A stretch of DNA of 64,000 nucleotides from Candidatus Pullichristensenella excrementipullorum (GTDB lineage Bacteria; Bacillota; Clostridia; Christensenellales; Aristaeellaceae): the NCBI GenBank assembly GCA_018713365.1, contig DVOU01000025.1:34309-98308 (forward strand), read 5' to 3'. The translations under genes and the position numbers were made by a program. Below are positions 48,796 to 58,339 of the stretch, piece after piece. The notes beneath the pieces were generated by a model. It was not told the DNA's origin. It was given only the letters and a program-made list of their open reading frames with translations, and did no database searches. How positions within the stretch are numbered: the stretch's first letter is position 1; each line of letters starts with the position of its first letter.

Positions 48796-49614
48796 ATGCC
48801 TATGATACGGCTGATCGCTACGGATATGGACGCGACGCTGCTCGACGACGAAAGCGAGGTCACGCCCCGCACCGCGCGCGCCGTGACAAGGGCGATGGAG
48901 GCGGGCGCGCGCTTCGTCATCGCCAGCGGACGCATGTACGAGACCGCGCGGCCCTACGCCGAGCTGCTCAACGCCAACGCGCCGATGATCGCCTTCAACG
49001 GCGCCATGGCCTGCGACTGGCAGACGGGCGCGCCGCTGTTCAAGACCGCCATTCCCGCGGAAACGGCGCGAGAAGTGTGCGCCATGGCGGAAGCGCGCGG
49101 CGTGTTCATCCAGTATTTCCCCGAGCGGGGGCTGTTTTATGCCAGGCGCGACCCCGCGGTCAGCGACGAATACGAATCGCGCGTGCGCTATCGCGGCACC
49201 GAGACCGGGGAGCCGCTCTCCGCGTGGATCAAGGACGCGCCGCTCAAATTGCTCTGTCTGGGCAAGCACGCGCCGCTGCTGGCCCTGCGCGAGGCGGTCT
49301 GTGAAGCCTTTCCCGGCCTGAAGTTGATGTTTTCCCGCCCCACGTATCTGGAGATCGTCAGCGGCGAGGTGGACAAGGGCAAGGCCCTGCGCGCCGTGGC
49401 GGAACAGCTGGGCGTCCGCCGCGAGGAGATCGCCGCCTTTGGCGACGCGGACAACGATCTGGGCATGCTCACCTACGCCGGGCAGGGCTATGCCATGGCA
49501 AACAGCAGCGAGGAAGTACTCGCGCGCGTTCCCCGGCACGCGCGGGCAAATACGGACGACGGCGTGGCGCGGGTGCTGGAAGAACTGCTCGCCCGCGGCG
49601 AGATCGGAGGTTGA
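48796..49614 (+). CDS. Cof-type HAD-IIB family hydrolase (sugar phosphatase-like)
   Basis: 272 aa. Motifs are LIATDMDATLLDD (DxD), VIASGRMY, and the C-terminal FGDADNDLGML. Confidence 0.85.
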   Translation: MPMIRLIATDMDATLLDDESEVTPRTARAVTRAMEAGARFVIASGRMYETARPYAELLNANAPMIAFNGAMACDWQTGAPLFKTAIPAETAREVCAMAEARGVFIQYFPERGLFYARRDPAVSDEYESRVRYRGTETGEPLSAWIKDAPLKLLCLGKHAPLLALREAVCEAFPGLKLMFSRPTYLEIVSGEVDKGKALRAVAEQLGVRREEIAAFGDADNDLGMLTYAGQGYAMANSSEEVLARVPRHARANTDDGVARVLEELLARGEIGG

Positions 49615-49617
49615 ACT

Positions 49618-50553
49618 ATGGTTCTGGAAGCGGATCTGGTCAAGGCCCTCAATCTCAAGACCATCATCGCCGCCGAAAACGGCCGGCTGAACATCGAAGT
49701 CTCCAACGTCAACCGCCCCGGGTTGCAGCTGGCCGGGTACTGGGACTTTTTCGGCTATGAGCGCCCGCAGCTGTTGGGCATGGTGGAGATGACCTACCTT
49801 TCCATGCTGGACAAGGCCACCCGCCACGAGCGGCTGACGCGCTTTTTCAGCTACGACATTCCCTGCATCATCATCGCCCGCTCCATCCCCTGTTTTGACG
49901 AAATGCTGGTGCTGGGCGCGGCGCGCAAGATACCCATCTACTCCGCCGCGCCGGAGACGACGCAGGTGGAAGTGGAGCTGATCTCCTTTTTGCGCGACTA
50001 TCTGGCTCCGCGCGAGACCATGCACGGCGTGCTGGTCAACGTTTACGGCAGCGGATTGCTCATCACCGGCGAGAGCGGCGTGGGCAAGAGCGAGACGGCC
50101 ATTGAGCTGGTCAAGCGCGGCCATCAATTGGTGGCGGACGACGTGGTGGACATCCGCCGTGTGTCGGACGACCGTCTGGTGGGCGAATCGCCGGAACTGG
50201 TGCGGCATTTCATGGAGATACGCGGCGTGGGCATCATCGACATCGCCACCATGTACGGCGTGGGCGCGGTCATCCGCTCCAAGACCATCGATCTGGAAGT
50301 CAAGCTGGAAAACTGGCAGCAGGGCAAGGAATACGACCGGCTGGGCCTGACCGACCAGTACGGGGAGATCCTCGGGGTGAAGGTGCCCTATATACTCATC
50401 CCCATCCACCCCGGGCGCAATCTGGCCATCGTGCTGGAGGTGGCGGCGCGCAACTTCCGCCTCAAGCAGATGGGCTACAACGCCGCGCAGGAACTGGCGC
50501 ACCGCCATATGGAGCGCGCCATGCGCGCCCAGCAGGAAGAAAGCGAGGAATGA
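49618..50553 (+). CDS. hprK: HPr kinase/phosphorylase
   Basis: 311 aa. Motifs are NRPGLQLAGY, the Walker A LLITGESGVGKSETALE-like (GESGVGKSETAIELV), and LVADDVVDI. Confidence 0.92.
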   Translation: MVLEADLVKALNLKTIIAAENGRLNIEVSNVNRPGLQLAGYWDFFGYERPQLLGMVEMTYLSMLDKATRHERLTRFFSYDIPCIIIARSIPCFDEMLVLGAARKIPIYSAAPETTQVEVELISFLRDYLAPRETMHGVLVNVYGSGLLITGESGVGKSETAIELVKRGHQLVADDVVDIRRVSDDRLVGESPELVRHFMEIRGVGIIDIATMYGVGAVIRSKTIDLEVKLENWQQGKEYDRLGLTDQYGEILGVKVPYILIPIHPGRNLAIVLEVAARNFRLKQMGYNAAQELAHRHMERAMRAQQEESEE

Positions 50554-51506
50554 ACATGTTGTACATCGGCATCGACGTGGGAGGCACCACCGCCAAGGCC
50601 GGCGTGGTGGACGAAGAGGGAAAAATACTGTCAAAGTCCGTCTGCAGGACGGGCAAGGAGCGCGCTTTTGAGGACATCGCCGCCGACATGGCGGAGCTTT
50701 GCCGCCGCGTGGTGCGCGAAAGCGGCCACGAGATGGCGGACATCGCCGCCGTGGGCGTGGGCATCCCCGGCGAGCAGGACCCCAGGAGCGGTCTGGTGGC
50801 CTTCTGCAACAACCTTGGCTGGGTGAACGTGCCGCTGATGCAGCGTCTGCGCGAGGCGCTGGGCCTGAGCGTGTATGTGGACAACGACGCCAATGTCGCG
50901 GCGCTGGCCGAGAGCGCGTTCGGCGCTTCCCGGGACGTGAAAAGCAGCATACTTGTCACCCTTGGAACCGGCGTGGGCGGCGGCATCGTCGAAAACCGGC
51001 GCGTGCGCACCGGCGCGCACGGCGTGGGCGGCGAGATCGGCCACATGGTGGTGGTCATGGACGGCGAAAAATGCAACTGCGGCCACCGCGGCTGCTGGGA
51101 AAAGTACGCCAGCGCCACGGCCATCATCCGCATGGGCCGCGCGCTGATGGAAGAAAAACCCGATTGCGCCCTCGCCCGGCAGCTGGGCGGCGACGCGGCG
51201 CAGCTCAACGCCAAGGCGGTGCTTGACCTTGCCAAGGCGGGCGACGCGGACTGCATGGGCATCTTTGAGACCTATGTGAAGTACCTGTGCGTGGGGCTTG
51301 CCAACCTCATCAACATCTACGACCCCGACATGATCGTGCTTGGCGGCGGCGTGGCCTACGCGGGCGACTTTTTGCTGGACGCCGTGCGCGCCGCGCTGGG
51401 CGACTATGTGTACTGCCCGGCGCTCTCTTGGGCGCGGGTGGAGCTGGCCCGCATGGGCAACGACGCGGGCATCATCGGCGCGGCCATGCTGGGGAGGGCG
51501 GAATGA
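50550..51506 (+). CDS. glk: ROK family glucokinase
   Basis: 318 aa. Motifs are YIGIDVGGTTAKAGVVD, GEIGHMVV and the zinc motif CNCGHRGCWE. The start overlaps the hprK stop. Confidence 0.88.
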   Translation: MNMLYIGIDVGGTTAKAGVVDEEGKILSKSVCRTGKERAFEDIAADMAELCRRVVRESGHEMADIAAVGVGIPGEQDPRSGLVAFCNNLGWVNVPLMQRLREALGLSVYVDNDANVAALAESAFGASRDVKSSILVTLGTGVGGGIVENRRVRTGAHGVGGEIGHMVVVMDGEKCNCGHRGCWEKYASATAIIRMGRALMEEKPDCALARQLGGDAAQLNAKAVLDLAKAGDADCMGIFETYVKYLCVGLANLINIYDPDMIVLGGGVAYAGDFLLDAVRAALGDYVYCPALSWARVELARMGNDAGIIGAAMLGRAE

Positions 51507-52984
51507 TGCGGCAGGGCTTTGACAACGACATGTACATCCGCCTGCAATCCGAGCGCATCCGCGAGCGCATCGCCCAGTTCGGCGGCAAACTGTATCTGGA
51601 ATTTGGCGGCAAATTGTTTGACGACAACCACGCCTCGCGCGTGCTGCCCGGCTTTCAGCCCGACAGCAAGCTGCGCATGCTCAAGACGCTGGCCGATCGC
51701 GCCGAGGTGGTGATCGCCGTCAACGCGCAGGACATCGAATCCAACAAACTGCGCGGCGATCTGGGCATCGGCTACGACGCGGAGACGCTGCGCCTGATCG
51801 ACTCCTTCCGCGAGGCGGGTCTGTATGTGGGCAGCGTGGTCATCACCCGCTTTGGCGGGCAGGCGGCGGAGGCCTACAAGCGGCGGCTGGAAAATCAGGG
51901 CATCCGCGTGTTCCGCCACTACGCCATCGAGGGCTATCCCTCCAACCTCAACCACATCGTTTCCAGCGACGGCTACGGCCGCAACGACTATATCGAGACC
52001 AGCCGCGAACTGGTGGTGGTCACCGCGCCCGGCCCCGGCTCGGGCAAGATGGCCACGTGCCTGAGCCAGCTCTACCATGAGTACAAGCGCGGCATCAAGG
52101 CCGGTTACGCCAAGTTCGAGACCTTCCCCGTCTGGAACCTGCCACTCAAGCACCCGGTGAACCTCGCCTACGAGGCCGCCACCGCGGACTTAAACGACGT
52201 CAACATGATCGACCCCTACCACATGGAGGCCTACGGCAAGCTGGCGGTCAACTACAACCGCGATGTGGAGATCTTCCCCGTATTGCGCGCCATCTTCGAG
52301 CGCATTCAGGGCAAGTCGCCCTACCAGTCGCCCACGGACATGGGCGTGAACATGGCCGGTTTCTGCATCACCGACGATGACGCCTGCTGCGACGCCTCGC
52401 GGCGCGAGATCGTGCGCCGCTACTTTGCCGCCGGCTGCGCCAAATTGCGCGGCTCGGGCGACGACGAGGCCGTGGGCAAGATCGAGATCCTCATGGAACA
52501 GGCGGGCGTTTCCCCGGAGAACCGCCGCTCGGCGCGCGCCGCCAACGCTCTGGAGGCCGCCACCGGCAAGCCCGCCGCCGCCATGGAGCTGGCCGACGGC
52601 AGCGTGGTCACCGGCAAGACCAAGGACCTGCTCGGCTGCGCCAGCGCCATGCTGCTCAACGCGCTGAAGACGCTGGCGGGCATCCCGGACGAGGTGAAAT
52701 TGATCGCCGAGCGCGTCATCGAGCCCATCCAGCAGCTGAAGGTGACCTCGCTGCACAACCGCAACCCGCGATTGCACACCGACGAGGTGCTTATCGCCCT
52801 CTCCATCTGCGCCGTGGACGACCCGTTCGCCGCGCGCGCCATCGCCCAACTGCCGCGGCTGAAGGGGCTGGAGGCGCACGCCAGCGTGCTGCTCTCGCCC
52901 GTGGACGAGGACACCTTCCGCCGCCTCGGCGTGAACCTCACCTGTCAGCCCAAACACGAGACGCAGCGGCTCTACTACCGCTGA
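51503..52984 (+). CDS. DUF1846 / UPF0371 family protein
   Basis: 493 aa from the ATG at 51503 (ATGA overlap with glk). GFDNDMYIRLQSERIRERIAQFGGKLYLEFGGKLFDDNHASRVLPGF is the characteristic N-terminus of this family. Confidence 0.75.
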   Translation: MMRQGFDNDMYIRLQSERIRERIAQFGGKLYLEFGGKLFDDNHASRVLPGFQPDSKLRMLKTLADRAEVVIAVNAQDIESNKLRGDLGIGYDAETLRLIDSFREAGLYVGSVVITRFGGQAAEAYKRRLENQGIRVFRHYAIEGYPSNLNHIVSSDGYGRNDYIETSRELVVVTAPGPGSGKMATCLSQLYHEYKRGIKAGYAKFETFPVWNLPLKHPVNLAYEAATADLNDVNMIDPYHMEAYGKLAVNYNRDVEIFPVLRAIFERIQGKSPYQSPTDMGVNMAGFCITDDDACCDASRREIVRRYFAAGCAKLRGSGDDEAVGKIEILMEQAGVSPENRRSARAANALEAATGKPAAAMELADGSVVTGKTKDLLGCASAMLLNALKTLAGIPDEVKLIAERVIEPIQQLKVTSLHNRNPRLHTDEVLIALSICAVDDPFAARAIAQLPRLKGLEAHASVLLSPVDEDTFRRLGVNLTCQPKHETQRLYYR

Positions 52985-52995
52985 GTGCTGACCGC

Positions 52996-53038
52996 CGCCC
53001 CGGACGGCCGACCGCGCGCCGACCGGGGCGTTGTTTTT
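52996..53038 (+). terminator. rho-independent terminator
   Basis: Hairpin cgccccgg..ccggggcg followed by ttgttttt. Confidence 0.6.
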
Positions 53039-53087
53039 CCGCCCGCGCGGGCAAACTGTATCTGTTCTTTGGGAAGGAAGGCTTTGT

Positions 53088-54290
53088 ATGCGCGCCTATG
53101 AACGCCTGTTGCGCTATGTAAAATTCGACACCGCTTCCGACGCTTCCAGCCAGAGCTGCCCCAGCACGAAAAAACAGCTGGCGCTGGCCAAAGCGCTGGT
53201 GGAGGAACTCTCCGGCCTCGGGCTTGCCGACGCCCGCGTGGACAAGTTCGGCTATGTCTACGCCACCTTGCCCGCCAACTGCGAGGGGCAGCCCACCATC
53301 GGCCTCATCGCCCACATGGACACGGTGGACGTCGTGCCCACCACGGGCGTTTGCCCCGTGCTTCTGCCCTACGAGGGCGGGCCCATCGCGCTGCAAAACG
53401 GCGACGTGCTTGCGCCGGAGCAGTACCCCGGCATCGAGGCGCGCCGGGGCAAGACGCTGATCGTCACCAACGGAAACACGCTTCTGGGCGCGGACGACAA
53501 GGCCGGCATCGCCGAGATCGTCACCGCGCTGGAAACGCTTGCGCATGACCCCGCCATTCCCCACGGGACGGTGAAGGTGGCCTTCACGCCCGATGAGGAG
53601 ATCGGGCGCGGCGCGGACAGATTCGACGTGCAGGGCTTTGGCGCCGACTTTGCCTACACCGTGGACGGCGGCGACGTGGGCGGCATCGAATACGAGAACT
53701 TCAACGCCGCCTCGGCGGTCTACACCATCCACGGCGTCAGCGTCCACCCCGGCTCGGCCAAGGGGCGCATGGTCAACGCCAACCGCCTCGCCTGTGAATT
53801 AAACGCCCTCTTCCCCGGGGAGGAAGTGCCCGAGCGCACCGAGGGCTACGAGGGCTTTTACCACCTCTGCGACCTGCGCGGCAGCGTGGAGGAGTGCCTT
53901 TTGCACTACATCATCCGCGACCACGACCGCGCGCGCTTTGAGGCGCGCAAGCGCTACGCCGCCGATGTGGCCGAGGCGATGAACGCGCGCTATGGCGCGG
54001 GCACTGTGGAGGTGAAGCTCGTCGATTCCTACTACAACATGCGCGAGGTGATGGAAAAGCACATGGACGTCATCCATCGCGCCGAGGAAGCCTGCCGCGC
54101 CGTGGGCATTAGGCCGCACAGCGCGCCCATCCGCGGCGGCACGGACGGCTGCCGGCTCTCCTTCATGGGCCTGCCCTGCCCGGACCTGGGCACCGGCGGC
54201 TTCAACTACCACAGCCGCCATGAACTGATCGCCATCGAGGACATGGACGCGGTGACGGCCATGCTCGTCGAGCTGGTGCGGGCGCGGTAG
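53088..54290 (+). CDS. pepT: peptidase T (tripeptide aminopeptidase, M20B)
   Basis: 400 aa from the ATG at 53088. Motifs are ERLLRYVKFDTASD, IGLIAHMDT, GADDKAGIAEI and FTPDEEIGRGA. Confidence 0.9.
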   Translation: MRAYERLLRYVKFDTASDASSQSCPSTKKQLALAKALVEELSGLGLADARVDKFGYVYATLPANCEGQPTIGLIAHMDTVDVVPTTGVCPVLLPYEGGPIALQNGDVLAPEQYPGIEARRGKTLIVTNGNTLLGADDKAGIAEIVTALETLAHDPAIPHGTVKVAFTPDEEIGRGADRFDVQGFGADFAYTVDGGDVGGIEYENFNAASAVYTIHGVSVHPGSAKGRMVNANRLACELNALFPGEEVPERTEGYEGFYHLCDLRGSVEECLLHYIIRDHDRARFEARKRYAADVAEAMNARYGAGTVEVKLVDSYYNMREVMEKHMDVIHRAEEACRAVGIRPHSAPIRGGTDGCRLSFMGLPCPDLGTGGFNYHSRHELIAIEDMDAVTAMLVELVRAR

Positions 54291-54376
54291 ACGGAGGCGG
54301 GCGCCTGAAAACGCGCTGTGCCGACGCGGCGCTGATCGCGCAGAAGGCCGCCGCGCGCAACCGCCGCGTAGACGTT

Positions 54377-54411
54377 CGCCCGAGGCTTCAAGTGGCCTCG
54401 GGCGTTTTTTT
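54377..54411 (+). terminator. rho-independent terminator after pepT
   Basis: Hairpin cgcccgaggc-ttcaagt-ggcctcgggcg followed by ttttttt. Confidence 0.75.
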
Positions 54412-55673
54412 CAGCGCGCGCCGCTGCGTACGGGGCTGGGCTTGCGGCCGGTGTTCGTATCGTCATGGCGGCGGTCCCGCAATTCGGGAATGGGGTTTTC
54501 CTCCGTCTCCCAGCGGTAGTCCTGACCATTTTGGGCGATATAGCGGTCGATGACCATGTGGCTGGGCACGGCGGCGACGTCCTTGTTGACGATGGCCTGA
54601 TACTGGAAGAACTCGAAGTCCGGCTTGAGGGCGGAGACGTTTTCCCAGCTTTCGCGCACGGCGGTGTCGCAGACGGTGCTTTGCAAAACGCCCCGCACGT
54701 AGGCGATGTTCTCCTTGAGCGTCAGGGGCGCGGGGAACTCGGGACGCGGGATGACCTCCCGCCAGTCCTTGCGCTCATATTCGCCAAGCAGGCGCGCGGC
54801 GATGTGCAGGTGGGTGATCTCCTGCTCAAAAAGCTGCTGCCATATGCCGCGGATGGCGGGGCAGGTCTCGGTCTGGACGCAGGACCAGTAGAGGTAGCAC
54901 TCGGTGTACTGGTGCATGAGCAGTCCCTCCAGCCAGCTCTCATGCACGTCCATGAGGCTGCCGTACTGGGAGACGTGCTGCTCCTCGACCATGCCGATCT
55001 CCTGATAGAGCTTGCGGCCCAGTTCCGTGGGGTAGAGGCCGCAGACGTTCATATAGTAGTTCATCGTCTGCTGTTCGGCGGCGGTGATGATGCCCACGGC
55101 CAGTTTGGTCACGGGGTCGGCGCTGCGGTCGATGGGCTTTTTGATGGAATCGTAGGGGTGGCGGTGGTGGGCGATGGTCGGGCGGCCGGGCATGATCTCC
55201 GTGTAGCGGCCGACGATGTCCTCCGCCTTGACATTCGTCTCCATATCCAAAAGGTCGGCGTAGCGGTAGAGGTGGTCGAAGTCCTCCAAAAGGGCGAAAT
55301 CGAGCGCGCGCTTGACATACCCGTCGCCCACCATCTGCGCCAGCGCCGCGGTGAGATCCACGGCCAGCTGTTCGTAGCCGATGGTGTGTTCGAGGATGGT
55401 CTCGTCGGCGGGCTTTAACATGCTGATGAGCTTTTGCTGCTGCTGTTCGCCGCGGCGGATGCGGGCGAGCTGGCGGCGTAGTTCGTTGTCGCCGCAGTGG
55501 CGGGAAAACTGGTGCGAAAACCAGTTGGCCTCGAACTCCGTGCCGTTCATGAGGATGATGCGCGTGCGCGTGTAGGGGTCCACGCTGTGCTTGTCGTAGG
55601 GCTGGGCGTACAGGCGCGGCCAGTCGAAAAAGGTGTCGTTCATCCTGCCGGGGGTCTGGGCAAAGGGATCCAT
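54411..55673 (-). CDS. ferritin-like (di-iron carboxylate) domain protein, function unknown
   Basis: 420 aa from the ATG at 55673 (RBS AAAGGAGG). It has repeated E..ExxH-type ligand motifs: EFEANWF, ILEHTIGYEQ, AAEQQTMNYY, MVEEQHVSQY and FEQEITHLH. No specific family recognised. Confidence 0.55.
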   Translation of the reverse strand: MDPFAQTPGRMNDTFFDWPRLYAQPYDKHSVDPYTRTRIILMNGTEFEANWFSHQFSRHCGDNELRRQLARIRRGEQQQQKLISMLKPADETILEHTIGYEQLAVDLTAALAQMVGDGYVKRALDFALLEDFDHLYRYADLLDMETNVKAEDIVGRYTEIMPGRPTIAHHRHPYDSIKKPIDRSADPVTKLAVGIITAAEQQTMNYYMNVCGLYPTELGRKLYQEIGMVEEQHVSQYGSLMDVHESWLEGLLMHQYTECYLYWSCVQTETCPAIRGIWQQLFEQEITHLHIAARLLGEYERKDWREVIPRPEFPAPLTLKENIAYVRGVLQSTVCDTAVRESWENVSALKPDFEFFQYQAIVNKDVAAVPSHMVIDRYIAQNGQDYRWETEENPIPELRDRRHDDTNTGRKPSPVRSGAR

Positions 55674-55744
55674 ATCGCATACCTCCTTTTCGCCAGTTTT
55701 CCCGTGCAAGGCGCAAAACATTCGTGATAAAACTGTGTCAATAC

Positions 55745-55773
55745 TTGCAATATTTGTTGAAATACGGTATCAT
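55745..55773 (+). promoter_or_regulatory. sigmaA-type promoter for the RCC1-repeat gene
   Basis: TTGCAA (55745-55750), a 17 nt spacer, then TATCAT (55768-55773). Confidence 0.5.
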
Positions 55774-55805
55774 AAGAACAGTTGGGCAAAAGGGAGGGAA
55801 CGCTC

Positions 55806-58085
55806 ATGAAACGTTTATTGGCATGTCTTTTATCTCTGTTTCTGGTTCTGAGCTGCGGCGCGCTGGCGGAGGAAGCTCCCGCGCGCGAAAGCGCCATCTT
55901 TGTCGAGGCCGGGTACGCGCATTCGTTCGCGCTCGACGCGGACGGCACTTTGTGGGCCTGGGGCGCCGGGGAGTACGGCCGTTTGGGCACGGGCTCCTCG
56001 TATTCGGCGTACAGCCCCGAGGAAGTGGAGCTGGACGACGTGGTGGAGGCGTCGGCGGGCTGGTATCATTCCCTGTTCCGCACCGCTGACGGCGGCGTCT
56101 ACGCCGCGGGCTGCAATTACGACTACGGCCAGCTCGGCAACGGCACCGGCCTTGACCGCAGTATGCCCGTACACATCATGGACGACGGCATGCAGGTGCT
56201 GGCCAGCCGCGACTTTTCCGCCGCCCTGAAGACGGACGGCACGCTGTGGACCTGGGGCCGCAACGACAAAGGGCAGCTCGGCCTTGGACACACCGACACG
56301 CAGACGACCCCGGCGCAGGTGGCGCTTAAGGACGTGGCGGAGATCGCCGCCGGCGAGAGCTTCATGCTCGCGCGCACGAAGGACGGCAGCCTCTACATTT
56401 GGGGCGACAACACCTACGGGCAGATCCCCGGATCGGAAGAAGAATACGTGAGCGAGCCTGTGCTGATGGAGGACATCGGCAATGTGCGCAGCGTGCGCGC
56501 GGGCAACAACCACGCGCTGGCGCTGCTCGCGGACGGCACCGTGCGCGTTTGGGGCGACGACTACTACGAGCAGTTTGGCGGCGGCGAGGAAGCGCTGAAC
56601 GCCTTCATCGCCGAAAACAGCCTGACCATTGAAGCCATCGACGCCGGCGGCGACATGTGCGCCATGCGCGATGCGGACGGCAACTGGTATCTGTGGGGCG
56701 ACATGATGGGCGATGCGCCCACGCACATGGAGCGGACAAACGTCGCCAGCCTCTCTCTGGGCTACTGGCACGCGCTGGCCGCCGAGGGAGACGGCACGCT
56801 CTGGGGGCGCGGCGATGACAGCAGTTGGCAGCTCGGTTTGCTCTCCTCCTCGGAAAACGCGCACCTGAACTGGTGCGAGCTTTCCATCGACCTGAGCGGC
56901 AAGACGCGCGCGGCGCGCCCGCCCCGGGAACAGGACAAGGCGCGGCCGGTGGAGCCGTTCGCGGGCGAGGTCATGCCCGTGGCGGCGGGGTATTATGCTT
57001 CCTTCGCCATCGCCGACAACGGCGAGGTCTGGGCCTGGGGCCGCAACGACTACGGCCAGCTCGGTCTGGGCGACGAGGAGATGCGCGACGCGCCGGAAAA
57101 GCTGGAACTGACGAATGTCGTACAGGTGGCCGCGGGCGACTATCACACCCTCTTCCTCACCGGCGACGGCCAGCTCTACGGCGCGGGCTGCAGCGAGGAC
57201 TACGACCAGCTGGCCACGGGCGAGTTTGAAAACGAGAGCGCGCCGGTGGCGATCATGGACGGCATCGCGCGCATTTGGGCGGGGCGGGACTTCTCCATCG
57301 CCCTGGACGAGGACGGGAACTACTGGGGCTGGGGCGACAACACCCTGGGCCAGCTCGGCCTCGGACACGCCGACCCCGTGGAAGGGCCGACGCAGCTGCC
57401 GCTTGAAAACGTGGTGGACCTTGCCGTGGGCAAGCAGTTCGCGGCGGCGCTGCTGGAGGACGGGACCGTGTGGACCTGGGGCGACAACACCTACGGCCAG
57501 CTCGGCGTCGGCGAGGGCGAAAGCACGCTTTCGCCCGTGCGGGTGGAGCTTGAGAACGTCGTCTCCATCGCCGCGGGCGGGGCGCACATGCTGGCGCTGG
57601 ACGCCGACGGCGTGGTCTGGGCCTGGGGCTCGGGCTGGTACGGCCAGCTCGGCATCGGCGGCGACAGCGACCGCTTCACTCCCGTGGAGGTCGAGTCCGC
57701 GCAGGGCGTCAGCGCCGTCATCGCCGGCGGCGACACCTCCTGCGCCCGCATGCTGGATGCGCAGGTGTCGCTCTGGGGCGCGTACTTCTACGACGAGCCT
57801 TACGAAGAGCAGATCGCCCTGTGGGACGATGTGAACTACGAGTACCACTACGTTGACATCGAGGCCATCGCCATGGGCAGTTTCCACGTCATCGCCACGG
57901 ATGAGGACGGCAACGTCTACACCAACGGCGGCAACGACTACGGTCAGCTTGGAGATGGCGGCGCCATCGCCGAGGGCGGCTTCCACTACTACGACTGGGT
58001 GGACACGGGGCTTGATCTCGCGCACAGCGAGTACACCGAGCCCAGCGACGAGATCGACGCGCCTGACCACGGACAGGCGCTGTAA
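55806..58085 (+). CDS. secreted/lipoprotein with two RCC1-like beta-propeller domains
   Basis: 759 aa from the ATG at 55806 (RBS AAGGGAGGGA). The signal peptide MKRLLACLLSLFLVLSCG has a lipobox-like Cys. About 14 repeats of the G.LW.WG.N.YGQLG.G type form two blocks, split by a basic linker near residue 370. Confidence 0.8.
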   Translation: MKRLLACLLSLFLVLSCGALAEEAPARESAIFVEAGYAHSFALDADGTLWAWGAGEYGRLGTGSSYSAYSPEEVELDDVVEASAGWYHSLFRTADGGVYAAGCNYDYGQLGNGTGLDRSMPVHIMDDGMQVLASRDFSAALKTDGTLWTWGRNDKGQLGLGHTDTQTTPAQVALKDVAEIAAGESFMLARTKDGSLYIWGDNTYGQIPGSEEEYVSEPVLMEDIGNVRSVRAGNNHALALLADGTVRVWGDDYYEQFGGGEEALNAFIAENSLTIEAIDAGGDMCAMRDADGNWYLWGDMMGDAPTHMERTNVASLSLGYWHALAAEGDGTLWGRGDDSSWQLGLLSSSENAHLNWCELSIDLSGKTRAARPPREQDKARPVEPFAGEVMPVAAGYYASFAIADNGEVWAWGRNDYGQLGLGDEEMRDAPEKLELTNVVQVAAGDYHTLFLTGDGQLYGAGCSEDYDQLATGEFENESAPVAIMDGIARIWAGRDFSIALDEDGNYWGWGDNTLGQLGLGHADPVEGPTQLPLENVVDLAVGKQFAAALLEDGTVWTWGDNTYGQLGVGEGESTLSPVRVELENVVSIAAGGAHMLALDADGVVWAWGSGWYGQLGIGGDSDRFTPVEVESAQGVSAVIAGGDTSCARMLDAQVSLWGAYFYDEPYEEQIALWDDVNYEYHYVDIEAIAMGSFHVIATDEDGNVYTNGGNDYGQLGDGGAIAEGGFHYYDWVDTGLDLAHSEYTEPSDEIDAPDHGQAL

Positions 58086-58090
58086 GGCAC

Positions 58091-58121
58091 GGGGAGCGGG
58101 CGAATGCCGCTCCCCCTTTTG
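58091..58121 (+). terminator. rho-independent terminator after the RCC1-repeat gene
   Basis: Hairpin ggggagcgg-gcgaat-gccgctcccc followed by ctttt. Confidence 0.7.
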
Positions 58122-58160
58122 CCATTTTTCGGGGATGCGCGGCGCGCTCGGAAAAAGCGC

Positions 58161-58189
58161 TTGCATTCTTTCGCGCTTTGTGGTATACT
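58161..58189 (+). promoter_or_regulatory. sigmaA-type promoter for SRP RNA
   Basis: TTGCAT (58161-58166), a 17 nt spacer, then TATACT (58184-58189). Confidence 0.6.
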
Positions 58190-58195
58190 ATCCCT

Positions 58196-58333
58196 TGTTC
58201 CACGGGTGATGACGATCGGGTCCCGTGCGGCGTCATGCTGCGAATCGTGTCAGGGTCGGAAGGCAGCAGCACTAAACAGAAGTTGGCGCGCGCCGCGGGG
58301 TATGCCTGGTCTGAGTCCGTGGGATTTTCTTTT
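58196..58333 (+). ncRNA. ffs: signal recognition particle RNA (small, 4.5S-like)
   Basis: The domain IV core GTCAGGGTCGGAAGGCAGCAGCAC (58249-58272) matches the universal GUCAGGUCCGGAAGGAAGCAGC motif. The 5' TCCACGG pairs with the 3' CCGTGGGA to close a long helix, and TTTTCTTTT follows. Ends are approximate. Confidence 0.8.
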
Positions 58334-58339
58334 GGGCGC

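Noticed and set aside
55830-58166. 778 aa minus-strand ORF over the RCC1-repeat gene
   Set aside because: It is antisense to a gene with ~14 clear RCC1 repeats, a signal peptide, an RBS and a promoter.
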